From assembly GCF_006345805.1 (NCBI RefSeq), contig NC_043003.1:85312001-85376000 (forward strand): a stretch of 64,000 bases of DNA, given 5' to 3'. Shown piece after piece: positions 52,382-64,000 of the stretch. Source of the DNA: Octopus sinensis. Its lineage: Eukaryota. Both the position numbers and the translations under genes were made by a program. Every line of letters starts with the position of its first letter. The first letter of the stretch is position 1. Under the pieces are notes generated by a model. The model saw only the letters and a program-made list of their open reading frames with translations. It was not told where the DNA came from and searched no databases.

Positions 52382-53586
52382 ACTATAAATACTTAACTAA
52401 ATGTATTTAATTGTAAATGCATGTCCTACAATTTTTGTATATGTATAAAGAATCTTTTAGTACAATTATTAATTCTTCATGACATGAACATTAAATAATA
52501 GACGTAAATAGATTATAACATGCTTCTATTATTTCAGCAAGGATTAATTGGGCGCATATGTGAGTCTTAAAATATAATTAATTAAAGATTAAACCGTTAA
52601 TTAATGTATGTAATTTGAAGCAACGCAATTCATTGAATCGGTATAGTTCTTAATTTAGGGTTAAATATTTTTGGTAAAACACTAATTGATTCTTGAAGTA
52701 CCTAACTGGGTTTTCAATGTTCTGTACATCAAATAACATAAAATATATGTTGCTACAATAAGCAAGTTTGAGACCTACAAAACAGAGTTTGTCTATATAA
52801 TGAATTTCGAATACATCTGCGTACCATACGATATAGGTTTGGAAAGAATGGTTTGTTTGATGGGGCGTAAAGTATTCATTTATATTCTTGGTACGAAGAA
52901 TTGGTTATATAGGTCAGAGTTAAAGGAAGTTGCATATATTCATAACTAGAGAGTAGGAACACAAAAAATAATCTACAATCAAATGAAATAAATAATTAAG
53001 AAGAGAGTGAAGCAAAAATTAAAAGCTTAAAACTATAATTCCTGAATAGGGTCGCTGAGGAAATATGAAGGCAAACGAAACAAAATTACGGTAATATAAA
53101 GCCATTTCAACCGATTTTACCACTTGGTTTCGTACCGGAGGTTAGAAAGAAAACTGAATGATTATCTAATACACGTACTCTTCATATATAAAGCTTTTGT
53201 GCGTGTGTTCGCATGTATGGGCTTATGCAAATGTTAGATAGATAGATAGAAGAAAATAATTTATTCTCAAACGCAGAATAATGCTGAGAGAACAGCAGGA
53301 ACAGGATAAAATACCCATACTTAACGAAAAATTTGTCAGCACCAAGCATGAGACTTGAACTCACATCCCTGTGATTGCTAGTCAAGTTTTTTACCATGAA
53401 ATTAAACTGCCCACTAACGAATTAACTCGCAATTTTTTAACTGATAAATCTAGCTTTATAAGACGCTGTATGATAAATTCAAGTTACGTTAAATGGAAAC
53501 AAATTATTTCCTTATTTGTATCTTTCAGCGCTTCTAAAAGCAAACATTGTTTGTTTACATTTATCGTAATTTGAATTTTATATACA

Positions 53587-53652
<66 letters not shown>

Positions 53653-53662
53653 GTAAATATAA

Positions 53663-55412
53663 ATATATAAAAGAAAATAAGGAAAATGCACAAAGCTGAC
53701 ATAGTTTTAATATATTTTCTAATATGTTTTATAAGTGAAAGAGCTGTGTGAAGTCGACCGGTTTCGCTTTCGCTAATCATGACATTGAAATTATTGTAAT
53801 TTCATATTTTCTTAAGAAGATTTTAGTCCATGTTCTTGTAGGGAAGTTTGTGGATGAATCAAGTAGAAAAATCTAAGGGGAGGTAATTGCTCATTTTTGG
53901 GAGTGGTATAAATATATATACAAAAACTCAAAAGCTACAGTAGTGAAATGAAATATGGACGGTGATTGGTATGTGATCATGAATTAAAATATAAACTGAA
54001 ACCAAAGTCGGTTATGCCTTCATATTTAGGCGTGTTCTGTATTTTTCCATAAATAAATTTTCATTATTTAAACGTTCTTGTACAGAAATTGTTTCTTTGC
54101 ACTAGTATATGGGGAAAACTGTGAAGTTTGGTTGGATATTACCTGCACATCTCTCTAGCTGGCAGAATTCGCATTGCATTGGACAAAATGCATGGCTTGC
54201 GAACCTAATAACGGGATATTTTGTATGCACCATATATGAAGTGTCACTGTAAAAATACGGATATCCATTTCACCATTATATAAGAGAGTACTGGAAAAGA
54301 TATCTGGATGACTACTTTATCATTTGGAATGAGAAGATTGAAAAATTTTGGAATTTAAATCAATACTAAATAGTATAAACCCTAACATTCAATTTACAAT
54401 AGAATATAACAAAGAACAGCTCCCTTTCTTAGGTATTATGATTAAAAAGTTAACAACCAAATTGTAACTGACATTTATCATAAATCAATAGACTCGAAGC
54501 AATATCTTCTGTTTAGCTCATGCCACCCGAAACACATCAAAAGAAATATCCCGTTTAATTTAGTGAAAAGGATTTTCACAATAGTGTCTAATGGGAATAC
54601 TCGGGACCTCCTTCTTCAAGACCTCAGAACACTAACTGAGACGCAACATCTATCCTCACTTATAGATGATGGAATTAAGCGTGCCAAGAAGTTAGGCATT
54701 AAAACACTAAGGAAAACAAAAGGTAACACCACACCTCATCTCAAAATACTACCGTATATATCAACTCACTGCCCTAGAAACAATGAGGCATACAACACTA
54801 TTGTACAAAATCTACCTATGTTCACTATGGAACACTTGGAAAACATAAATTCATCAAATGCAAAAAGCAACACAAATCGCTGAAAAGACTTCTGAAAAAT
54901 GCGAAGCTTTACACAACAACCACAAAATCAATGATTAAAAAATGTGGACGTCCTAACTGTGGAACATGCCCGAACCTACTGGAAGGCTCGGAATTACTAT
55001 TCAAAGGAGAGAGGTTCACAATTAAAAACAACTTCTCTTGTGCTTCCGGGAATCTAATTTATGTTATAACTTGTTCAGGTTGTGGATATAACTATATATG
55101 ACAGACAAGTATGGTACTTAGACCATACTACATAAGAGAAACACACTACATAAGGAACAGATCCGTTTCTCAAAGTATAGACAGATTACCTCCCCTTAGA
55201 TTTTTCTACTTATTGATTCATTCACAAACTTCCATACAAGAACATATACTAAAATATTCTTAGGAAAATACGAAATTACAATAATTTTCTATGTCATGAC
55301 TAGCGAAAGCGATGCCGGTCGATATCAATACTCTTTCACTTATAAAATATATTAGAAAATGTATCAAAACTATGTAAACTCTGTGCATTTTCCTTCTTTT
55401 CTTTTATATATA
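53663..55412 (+). mobile_element. Penelope-like retroelement (RT C-terminus plus GIY-YIG) with inverted 5' pseudo-LTR
   Basis: WKRYLDDYFIIW, NPNIQFTIE, SCHPKHIKRNIPF, CGRPNCGTCP and FSCASGNLIYVITCSGC in 54170-55180; 53663-53888 is an inverted copy of 55185-55412. Confidence 0.9.
53753..53783 (-). ncRNA. Minimal type I hammerhead-like motif, A3:U8 core variant
   Basis: Minus strand GUC-AUGAUUA-GCGAAAGC-GAAA-CCGG-UC-GAC with palindromic stem III ACCGGU; sister copy at 55291-55325 (+) keeps AUGACUA but has GAUG instead of GAAA. Confidence 0.65.
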
Positions 55413-55482
55413 TATATATTTCTTTTGCACTACAACTCACCATGTAGGGATAATCAAAATTCTCCTCCTCCCTTTCCTTACT

Positions 55483-55852
<370 letters not shown>

Positions 55853-55988
55853 TAGATACATGCTCAAGATTAATCAGCCGAAATTGTGAGGATGATTAGA
55901 GGCTTCGAATGACCCGTCCGTTTTTGTGTCGTCTATTTGAGTGTTTTGCGTTCTTGTCCCATTTTGTATTTTTTTATATATATTTTTT

Positions 55989-56028
<40 letters not shown>

Positions 56029-56059
56029 TATATATATTCTTTCTATTTGCATTTTTCAG

Positions 56060-56233
56060 TTAGTAAATATTTTCGTGGCTGATGGATATCGTCTGTACAT
56101 GGCTTGTCTGACTTCACCTTATTTCTTGGCTGCTCCGTTTTTCATGGTTATTGCACTTGGCTATTGCTTCTACCTAATACGATTGTGGGGCTTACTTTCA
56201 GCCGCCATTTTCCTATTCAGCTATCAGATACAG
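56060..56233 (+). CDS. ABCC5: ABCC5-like exon (TMD1)
   Basis: tttttcAG acceptor, CAG|GTAAAT donor; LVNIFVADGYRLYMACLTSPYFLAAPFFMVIALGYCFYLIRLWGLLSAAIFLFSYQIQ (ABCC LVN...D-x-x-R motif followed by TM helices); phase 0/0. Confidence 0.93.
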
Positions 56234-56243
56234 GTAAATATAC

Positions 56244-56307
<64 letters not shown>

Positions 56308-56311
56308 ATAC

Positions 56312-56346
<35 letters not shown>

Positions 56347-56377
56347 CGTGTGTGCGTGTGTGCGTGCGCGTGTGTGA

Positions 56378-56812
56378 GTGCTGGTAGACCCTATATCTAG
56401 CAACAGGACTGCACCATACCGCGCAAGCAGGAGACAATGGCTGTCAGACAATTTCTGCGACGACATCACCCCTAAAATCTGGCCACCTAACTCTTCAGGG
56501 GACAACCCTCTTGATTATTATGTGTGGGGCGCAGTTGAGACCAACAAAACTCCTTTTAACATCAACGATGAACTGAAGGTAAGGATTATGGTAACATTCA
56601 CCTACTTAAACAAGGAGACTGTCCAGAAGAGTTGCAGGAAATTCCGAAGTTGTCTGGAGGCCGTGGTTGAAGCCAAAGGCGATATCAATGAATATATTTG
56701 CTCTTTAGTATTTCAAGATAATTTTATATAATTGTGGTAAATATATCTGTTAAAATGAGATGTCAGTGTTATTTTCATTTTTGCGTAAGTTAGACGACAA
56801 TATATTCACTCT
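56378..56812 (+). mobile_element. Tc1/mariner-superfamily 3' relic (maT/DD37D-like)
   Basis: QQD-like segment followed by WPPNSSGDNPLDYYVWGAVE and CLEAVVEAKGD. Confidence 0.75.
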
Positions 56813-56819
56813 GTGTGTG

Positions 56820-56896
<77 letters not shown>

Positions 56897-57049
56897 ATAC
56901 ATGCATACATATTTGCGCAGTCTATTATGTTTTCACAATATGAAATTATTACTAGTTCGTATTTAAATACTGTGTATATTAAATATTTATATCATACTGG
57001 ATGGAGTACATTTTTGCTGATCCTACCAATAACAAGACAGCAAATTATG

Positions 57050-57802
57050 TATACGTCGTTTGATCAATAAGTATCTGGGTTGTTGCCAAAGTAACGAAGC
57101 TAAAGCATGCAGATTGAAGCCGCCTGACATTGATTGACCTTGGACTTTGTGTGCATGCGCACTAAGTTTTAACGTTCTAGCTCACTTTCGCTGTTTATAG
57201 CAGTGCTTGGAAGGAACGTGTAGCGTGTGATCGTCGCATTGACTATGACAGAAATTTGAATAGAGAATCTGCATCAAATTTGCCAAAAGCTTGGCGATAC
57301 CTTCTCAGAAGCTTACACAAAGTTTTCAAAAAGTTTTCATCGTCCTCGACACAATCAAGGGGATCTCGTGCAACTGAAACCCGAGTGTCTTTTTGGTTGG
57401 CCGAAAGCGCTTTTGGCAGACACGCGTCTTATACCCAAATCTTCAGTGATAATGGACTGAACTGAACCGTAACTAATCTGCACATGCTCAGATAACTCAC
57501 GGGTGCTGATTCGACGTTTTCCCCTCATATCTGCACGCACATCTGCAATGTTTTCTCAGTTCTGCTGGTTGCGGGTCGCCCAAACGTGCATAAATATCGA
57601 CATTTTTCAGCCATCTTTGAAACGTCTGAACCACTCGTACACTTGTGTGCGGCTCATACACTCCTCGCCATACACTTTCTGCAATTTTGCGTAGGCCTCT
57701 GAGCCGGTATCGCCATGACAACTTTCTTTGTCATGGTTAATGCGACAATCACATGCTACACACGTTCCTTCTAAAACTGCTGTAAACAGCGGAAAACTTA
57801 GT

Positions 57803-57805
<3 letters not shown>
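57050..57805. mobile_element. Mariner-derived foldback (two converging 5' fragments)
   Basis: Minus strand [31 protein letters not shown] (mariner HTH); about 57158-57335 (+) is the same 5' region in the opposite orientation. Confidence 0.8.
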
Positions 57806-57871
<66 letters not shown>

Positions 57872-57946
57872 CATATACATATATATATGTATATATACAT
57901 ACATACATATATATATATGTATATATACATACATATATATATATTA

Positions 57947-57980
<34 letters not shown>

Positions 57981-58011
57981 CATATATATATACATATATA
58001 TATACATATAT

Positions 58012-58088
<77 letters not shown>

Positions 58089-58271
58089 GGAAAGTGAAAG
58101 TTGAAAATGCGCTGAGAATAGTTAAAATATTAAAACATTCGGGTTTTTTATTATATACAAGGTAATGTCTACTTGTAAATCTCTCACTATACACCTATGG
58201 AACTCAATTATTTTGTTCCTGAAATTTTTACTTCATTTCAACGATTTAACATTTATTCTCCATTGTTACAG

Positions 58272-58334
58272 AGGTTTCTGTCAGCGTATATTGCAACTCT
58301 CTTGAAGAGGTCCACGGCGCTAACCGACAAAAGG
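58272..58334 (+). CDS. ABCC5: ABCC5-like exon (TMD1)
   Basis: ttacAG acceptor, AGG|GTAAGA donor; RFLSAYIATLLKRSTALTDKR, whose TD-x-R continues in frame into the next exon; phase 0/0. Confidence 0.9.
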
Positions 58335-59111
58335 GTAAGATATTCAGAATACAACGTTCTTTTTTTTACACATACACGCATAGACACACACTCAGATATG
58401 CATGTGCTCATACGCACGCACGCAAACACACACACACACACACACACATGTTCATGTAATGCGTGGGATGAGTGCTAATTGTTAACACGCTTATCTGAAA
58501 CGTAAGATAGCAGAATACCACTACAAAAATTGGGGGAGGAGGCATAAAAATTTCGTAAAAGACCCGTTCATAACCTCGGTGTGAAATAATTGTTTTCCAT
58601 AGTTTTTTTTTTTTTTTCGAGTGCATTTAACGCATCTCACTTCCAAAGATTTGGCTACCATTTCTTGCACGCCCTACTACCACGTAACTCCTATTTGCGA
58701 TAAATGACCCAGAATGCCTGTTACGTGGTAGCAGGGCGTGCAAGAAATAGCAGCCAAACCTTTCCATTTCTAGGGAAAGGAGCTGCTTACGCGTGATTGC
58801 TATGTCACATGCGTTGAAAGCTGGCGGAATAACCTGGAAAAGAAAAAAAAACGAAACAAAATTCCGTTGCTGGGAAATTCAGACTTTCTTCGAAATGTCT
58901 ATAAAAGATGGTGTCGATTTTTTTTTTTTTTTTTCCAAAATGTATCTTCATTTAAATTATAATTTCTGCAAGTATCTTTCAGGGAAGCAATTTTACCTTC
59001 CACTTTTGCAAAAAAAATATATTATGTTCCAATGTTTTTCTTCTTACTTGCTTCCATTGGGAAAATTTTCTACAGAAGATTCTCTGTCATACATTCTTTT
59101 TATTATATCAG

Positions 59112-59196
59112 GTTCGGAAAATGAACGAAATCATCAACAGCATCAAATTAATCAAGATGTACAGTTGGGAATCAGCTTTCTCTTCTGTCATAACAG
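59112..59196 (+). CDS. ABCC5: ABCC5-like exon (TMD1)
   Basis: tcAG acceptor, G|GTAAGC donor; VRKMNEIINSIKLIKMYSWESAFSSVIT carries the ABCC MNE...IK-x-IKMY-x-WE hallmark; phase 0/1. Confidence 0.95.
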
Positions 59197-59418
59197 GTAA
59201 GCAAACGGCTTCTCCTCACAACCTAACGCTATTTATAACTAACATTGCAATTTTTATCTAATGTAGCGTTCTCTTACTCGGGTTCATTTTACTGCAGAAC
59301 CAGCAATCAGGTTTCTTTCTCTGTTGTACTTTAGTTCCGAAACTATTGTGCATTGATTCGCTAAAGAAACACGTGAACATCACAAATGATATTTGTACTT
59401 ACACTAAAAACGATTTTA

Positions 59419-59715
59419 TCTTTATATATAAAAGTGAAGTTGTGTGTCTGTCTCCTACGATTTAGATTCCTAACTACTCCCACATTTTGCGGTGCAGTTT
59501 AACCAAAACCGAGTATCTTATAGTCGTGATTCATATCGAGCCCTTCTGGGTATTAGCGCGCGTCTACGATGAGTCTACGATTTTAAAAAAAATTACCATC
59601 ATTTTTTTCCATTTTTAATGCATTTTTTTTTGCTATTTTTTGGCTATAACTCTCTAAAAATGCTTATATAGTTATTTCCCTTACAAACCCGAGCAACGCC
59701 GGGCGATACTGCTAG
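59419..59715 (+). mobile_element. Non-autonomous Helitron, shortest variant, intronic
   Basis: A|TC...cccgagcaacgccggg...CTAG|T. Confidence 0.87.
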
Positions 59716-59998
59716 TCACATATAAAAGACTAGTGTCCTTTTTATATGAAGATGGAATATGATTAGAGAGTGATGTGGCTGTTATTTTTAGCAGATCGAA
59801 TGACCAAACGGAAAAGTTCCCCGAATCTTAATATCTACTTTTATTTTATTTCCTTTTAGCTCTTCTATCCAATAGTAGCATTCTGAATTCTAGTTTCGTT
59901 GTTATTCTTTAGTTTGCTTTGTTCTCTACTAAATATAAAGATTTATTTCATAGTAAAGGCCTAGCTTTGTAACAAAAATCATATATTCTTTATTGCAG

Positions 59999-60147
59999 TA
60001 CTACGGAGAGCAGAAAAGAAAACATTAAAGCGAATCAGTGTCTTACAAGGAATTGCTAACGGTATCGTCCCCATCATACCGACCCTCACTTCGGTGACTA
60101 CTATCGCCGCCTTTCGGGCAAGCGGCAATGAAATTGATGCGTCTACA
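59999..60147 (+). CDS. ABCC5: ABCC5-like exon (TMD1)
   Basis: ttattgcAG acceptor, ACA|GTAAGT donor; V-LRRAEKKTLKRISVLQGIANGIVPIIPTLTSVTTIAAFRASGNEIDAST; phase 1/0. Confidence 0.92.
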
Positions 60148-60258
60148 GTAAGTAAAACTTTCGACTTAACTTCTCAGTCATATGTGTCGCACTTGTAACG
60201 TTACTGAAAAAAGTTTCCCTCTTTCTTCCTTCCTATTTTCTTTTCGATACTTCATAGC

Positions 60259-60301
<43 letters not shown>

Positions 60302-60565
60302 TAGTAGTAGTAGTAGTTGTTGTTGTTGTTGTTGTTGTTATCATTATTGAGGTGGCAAGGCAGCTGAGTCGTTTGCACCTTGGACAAAATGCTTAGCGCC
60401 AATTCTCCCGGCTCTCTATATTCTCAGTTCAAATTCCGTCTTTCAACCTTCCAAGACCGATAAAATATGTACCAGTTGATCATTAGGGCCGATGTAGTTG
60501 ACTTCCACTCCTCTGAAAAAAGCTGCAAGTCCTGTGCCAAAATTTGAAACCCTTATTATTATTGA

Positions 60566-61089
60566 ATGAGAGAGCAGTACCTGTCATCAAAGTAACGTTG
60601 AGGTGCAAAATATACGAAGCCAAATATACCCATCATGACTACCCGTCTGATAAAGGTACACCAGGTATATGCATCACAACTATAGGTGCACGATATAGTG
60701 ATCTCATAACAAGATAAACAGCGTATGGCTTTGCAGGTAGAGCTGAGTTAGAATTTTCTTCAGGTCGAGTAGCCCATCTCGCTGCAAAAGGTCCCTGAAT
60801 AAGGTTTGTTTAAGGATGATGAATTATTCAAACTTCAAAGAATCCCTCTCAACACACGATTACAATGCTTCCCCACTACTCCTGTTCGTGATCAGGGATG
60901 CACATATCATCAGTCAAGAGGAGATATGTTCAACTGGTTAAGGTCAAGAAACTGGCCTGCAGATCTGCAATATTGTGCAGAATATTTGCTGTAGCCAATC
61001 TTTTGCAACATGAAACATGTACATGATAACACTTCCAATCATTTAAGATCAGGAGCCATGAAAGCCAATACCTGGTACTGCATCAGGGC
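60566..61089. mobile_element. Non-coding repeat family C, apparently full length
   Basis: gagagagcagt...ctgcatcagggc; homologous pieces at 26320-26450 and 35139-35897; next to (TTA)/(TTG) runs. Confidence 0.78.
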
Positions 61090-61149
61090 GTTGTTGTTGT
61101 TCTTGCTGCTGCTGCTATCTTTATTCTTTTATACACCAGCTTGTTGTTT

Positions 61150-61736
61150 TCACGCACATTGTCTATAGAGAGAATTTGCCCTACGAGACATTAAGCGCTT
61201 TAGCACCTGATTGTCAATTTTGCAAGCAAAATACACATAAGCTTTCTTTATTGTTGAAGTAACTTTACATTTTTGCGATGAAGAAATGAATTGTCCATCT
61301 ATGTAACAAAAATTGTACGAATTATTTGTGCAATTATGAGGTATTTCAAAATGATAAATTAAGTAATATTTGATGAGAAAAACACGACACAACAATAAAA
61401 TAGATGGCTAATTAAGTTTCGATTCAATGAAGAAAGATTCGATAACTCTCATGAAGACTTGTTCCATAATATTTTGATTATAGAGATAATGCAATAATTT
61501 TCATTTACTATATTCTAATCTATTTTATTGGGGTGTTACAGTATTTGTAGTATTCAATCAATGCTTTGTGCCATATCCCTATTGTAAAATTAAAATTCGA
61601 ATAACCCCTTTAACTCAAAACTTTAGCTAGTCTTGTAAAATGTGTAGGAGTTCTGTAATTAGGGATCCAAAATGAGTTAAGGTCGAGTGGTTTTATCTCC
61701 AATAAAAAAAAAGTTTAATTTTTCTTCTGTTTAGTG
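61150..61736 (-). mobile_element. Chapaev3-like relic (N-terminus and one end)
   Basis: CTNNSYNFCYIDGQF...IKKAYVYFACKIDNQ aligns by eye with the N-terminus of ORF 12512-13171; GTG end at 61736. Confidence 0.6.
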
Positions 61737-63283
61737 CAACTATGCTGTTTGAGACATTTATGGAAAACCATAAGTTCAAGAGTGAGTCTGTTCTTCTGTA
61801 GACGTGACATTATAATGATAACAAACGTCATGAACACTTCGTCTCCTCTGAATAATTATCTACGAGGATATTCATACCATCTAACTGTAATAGAAGCGCT
61901 TTATAGTTTATACATGTACAAAAGATAAAAGTTGCGATAACCTCATTTGGCTTTCGCGCTCTCTATCCAGTAGTATCAGTTGTTTTTATTTGTTTATAGT
62001 CATACATTTATATCTCTCATTATAACAATAATGATCTCGTCTGATGAAACACAATGTCCCAGATATAGAAAAAAAATATTCTGGAATATAACATTTATGT
62101 TTTTGCTCAAAGTTATCGGCGGTGATATTGAAGTGAAATAACTTCAACATGCAATTAACATGAACCCTCGCCCCATTGGCCTGTACCATTCTTTAAAACG
62201 ATAAAAGAAAATCAAACCAAATGCGAACTGGGATCTAGGTGGGTTTTCAACCTGTTAAAATAGAAACTAGGTCCCCCTCAAACTACTGTCTTCAAAAAAG
62301 GAACAATAAAATGGATAACCTAGTTTTTGGTATATTATGCAAGGTAGTCACGGCCAGAATGCTTTTGATCATAAGTTGCTCGAACAAGGCTAACTTTGTT
62401 CAGTGCTGTCAGTCCTGTCCGGACAAATCTCTTTGACACACTTTAACAACAATAGTAAAAAAAAATTACTTACATCGAAACAACTCCATGATGAAGGGGG
62501 AAACAAATTTTAAGTTTTAAAAGGAACATTAGTATTGTTTCTATAATAGTTTACATGAACTTTTTCAGGTACTTTGAAATTGTATGGGAAAGTGAAGGAG
62601 TAACCTCGGATTAGAAACTTGAATCGAATGCTTAAAACAGAGTAAACTCTACTAAAGTCACTCTTAGGTCAGGTGATGGAGTAAACCGTGGAACAGATAA
62701 AGTCAATGATCCAAGACCAGAAAGGGTTGCGCGCCAATGGGTTCCCAACCGTTTCCATCGAGCAAATGTTACTTACAAAGCTTTAGTCAACCGGGGGCTG
62801 GGGTAAAAAAATATTTACTCAAACTGCAGTGCAGTGAGATAGAACTAAAATCACGTAGTTACAAAGTGAGCTTCTTACTCATACATCTGTACCTACCCCA
62901 TAGAATTTTAATGATTTCGGCCTAAAATTGACCCCACGATTCTGCCAATTTGCCGCCTTTCGGCGTGCTAACGTTTCTGCCAGCTCGCCACCTTAAGTAG
63001 TGGCAATATTGTAATGCTTTTTCGTTAGTTTGCACTGCTCTCCAATTATTTTACATTGGTTGCATGGAATACGGAAACATTCAGTTATGCTACAGATTTA
63101 TACAAGTTACTTGGTCGATGATTATTTGGAACAGATTATTTCAAGATTTTTGGATAGACGCTTTCTGACTTGAATAGATATTGTTGGGAACAGCTGATTA
63201 AACCACCCACAATAAGTAAAGGCAAAGTCGTCACCAACGGGAACTCAGTTCAAAACTAACGAGAAATCTTTAAAAACGCTATG

Positions 63284-63981
63284 TTACGGACAAGTAAACA
63301 CACCAACATCGGTTGTCAAGCAATGGTGGGTTGGGGACAAAAACAGACACACAAATACACACATACATATATTCGACAGGTTTCTTTCAGTTTCCGTCTG
63401 CCAAATCCACTCACGTGACTTTGGTGTGCCCGAGGATATAATAGAAGACACTCGCCCAAGGTGCCACGCAGTGAGACTGAACCCAGGACCATGTGGTTGA
63501 GAAGCAAGCTTCTTACCACACAGCAAACACTGAAGATATTGGGACGAAGAATAAACAAGTATAAATATATAGATATTTACTCTTTTACTCTTACTCTTTT
63601 ACTTGTTTCAGTCATTTGACTGCGGCCATGCTGGAGCACCGCCTTTAATCGAGCAACTCGACCCCGGGACTTATTCTTTTGTAAGCCCAGTACTTATTCT
63701 ATCGGTCTCTTTTGCAGAACCGCTAAGTAACGGGGACATAAACACACCAGCATCGGTTTTCAAGCAATGCTAGGGAGACAAACACAGACACACAAACACA
63801 CACACGCATATATATACATATATACGACGGCTTCTTTCAGTTTCCGTCTACCAAATCCACTCACAAGGCTTTGGTCGGCCCGAGGCTATAGTAGAAGACA
63901 CTTGCCCAAGGTGCCACGCAGTGGGACTGAACCCGGAACCATGTGGTTGGTAAACAAGCTACTTACCACACAACCACTCCT
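63284..63981 (-). mobile_element. Two SINE family B copies (63284-63521 partial, 63579-63981 near full)
   Basis: Reverse-complement matches to family B. Confidence 0.9.
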
Positions 63982-64000
63982 GATTGACTATTTATATATT

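Noticed and set aside
58793-59200. 135-aa ORF as an independent gene
   Set aside because: Overlaps the true ABCC5 exon in a different frame; the rest is intron.
63029-63120. Next ABCC5 exon (FALLSNYFTLVAW...)
   Set aside because: Weak similarity to the expected AF-x-x-x-x-x-FN motif and an in-frame stop without a good donor; a candidate near 61540 also failed.

Overview
AT-rich, microsatellite-dense eukaryotic DNA. The SINE families and repeat landscape look like an octopus/coleoid cephalopod genome (inference). One host gene is readable: the 5' part of an ABCC5/MRP5-like ABC transporter on the + strand. Eight phase-consistent GT-AG exons lie at 42613-60147 (lasso region and first membrane domain), a probable ATG exon lies at 26204-26295, and the gene continues beyond what I can trace. 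The rest is mostly decayed mobile DNA: a complete-ended Chapaev3-like transposon, a Tc1 copy, mariner/maT relics, non-autonomous Helitrons, five restriction-like-endonuclease LINE fragments, an L1/Tx1 fragment, Penelope-like (RT/GIY-YIG) fragments, several tRNA-SINE families and tandem repeats. The most unusual signal is a set of hammerhead-ribozyme-like motifs in pseudo-LTR-like repeats. These are minimal hammerheads with compensatory G3:C8 and A3:U8 core swaps, and a strand-permuted hammerhead in a young 240-bp direct repeat, whose predicted cleavage site matches the 5' truncation point of another copy. All structure calls were made by eye and need computational and biochemical testing.
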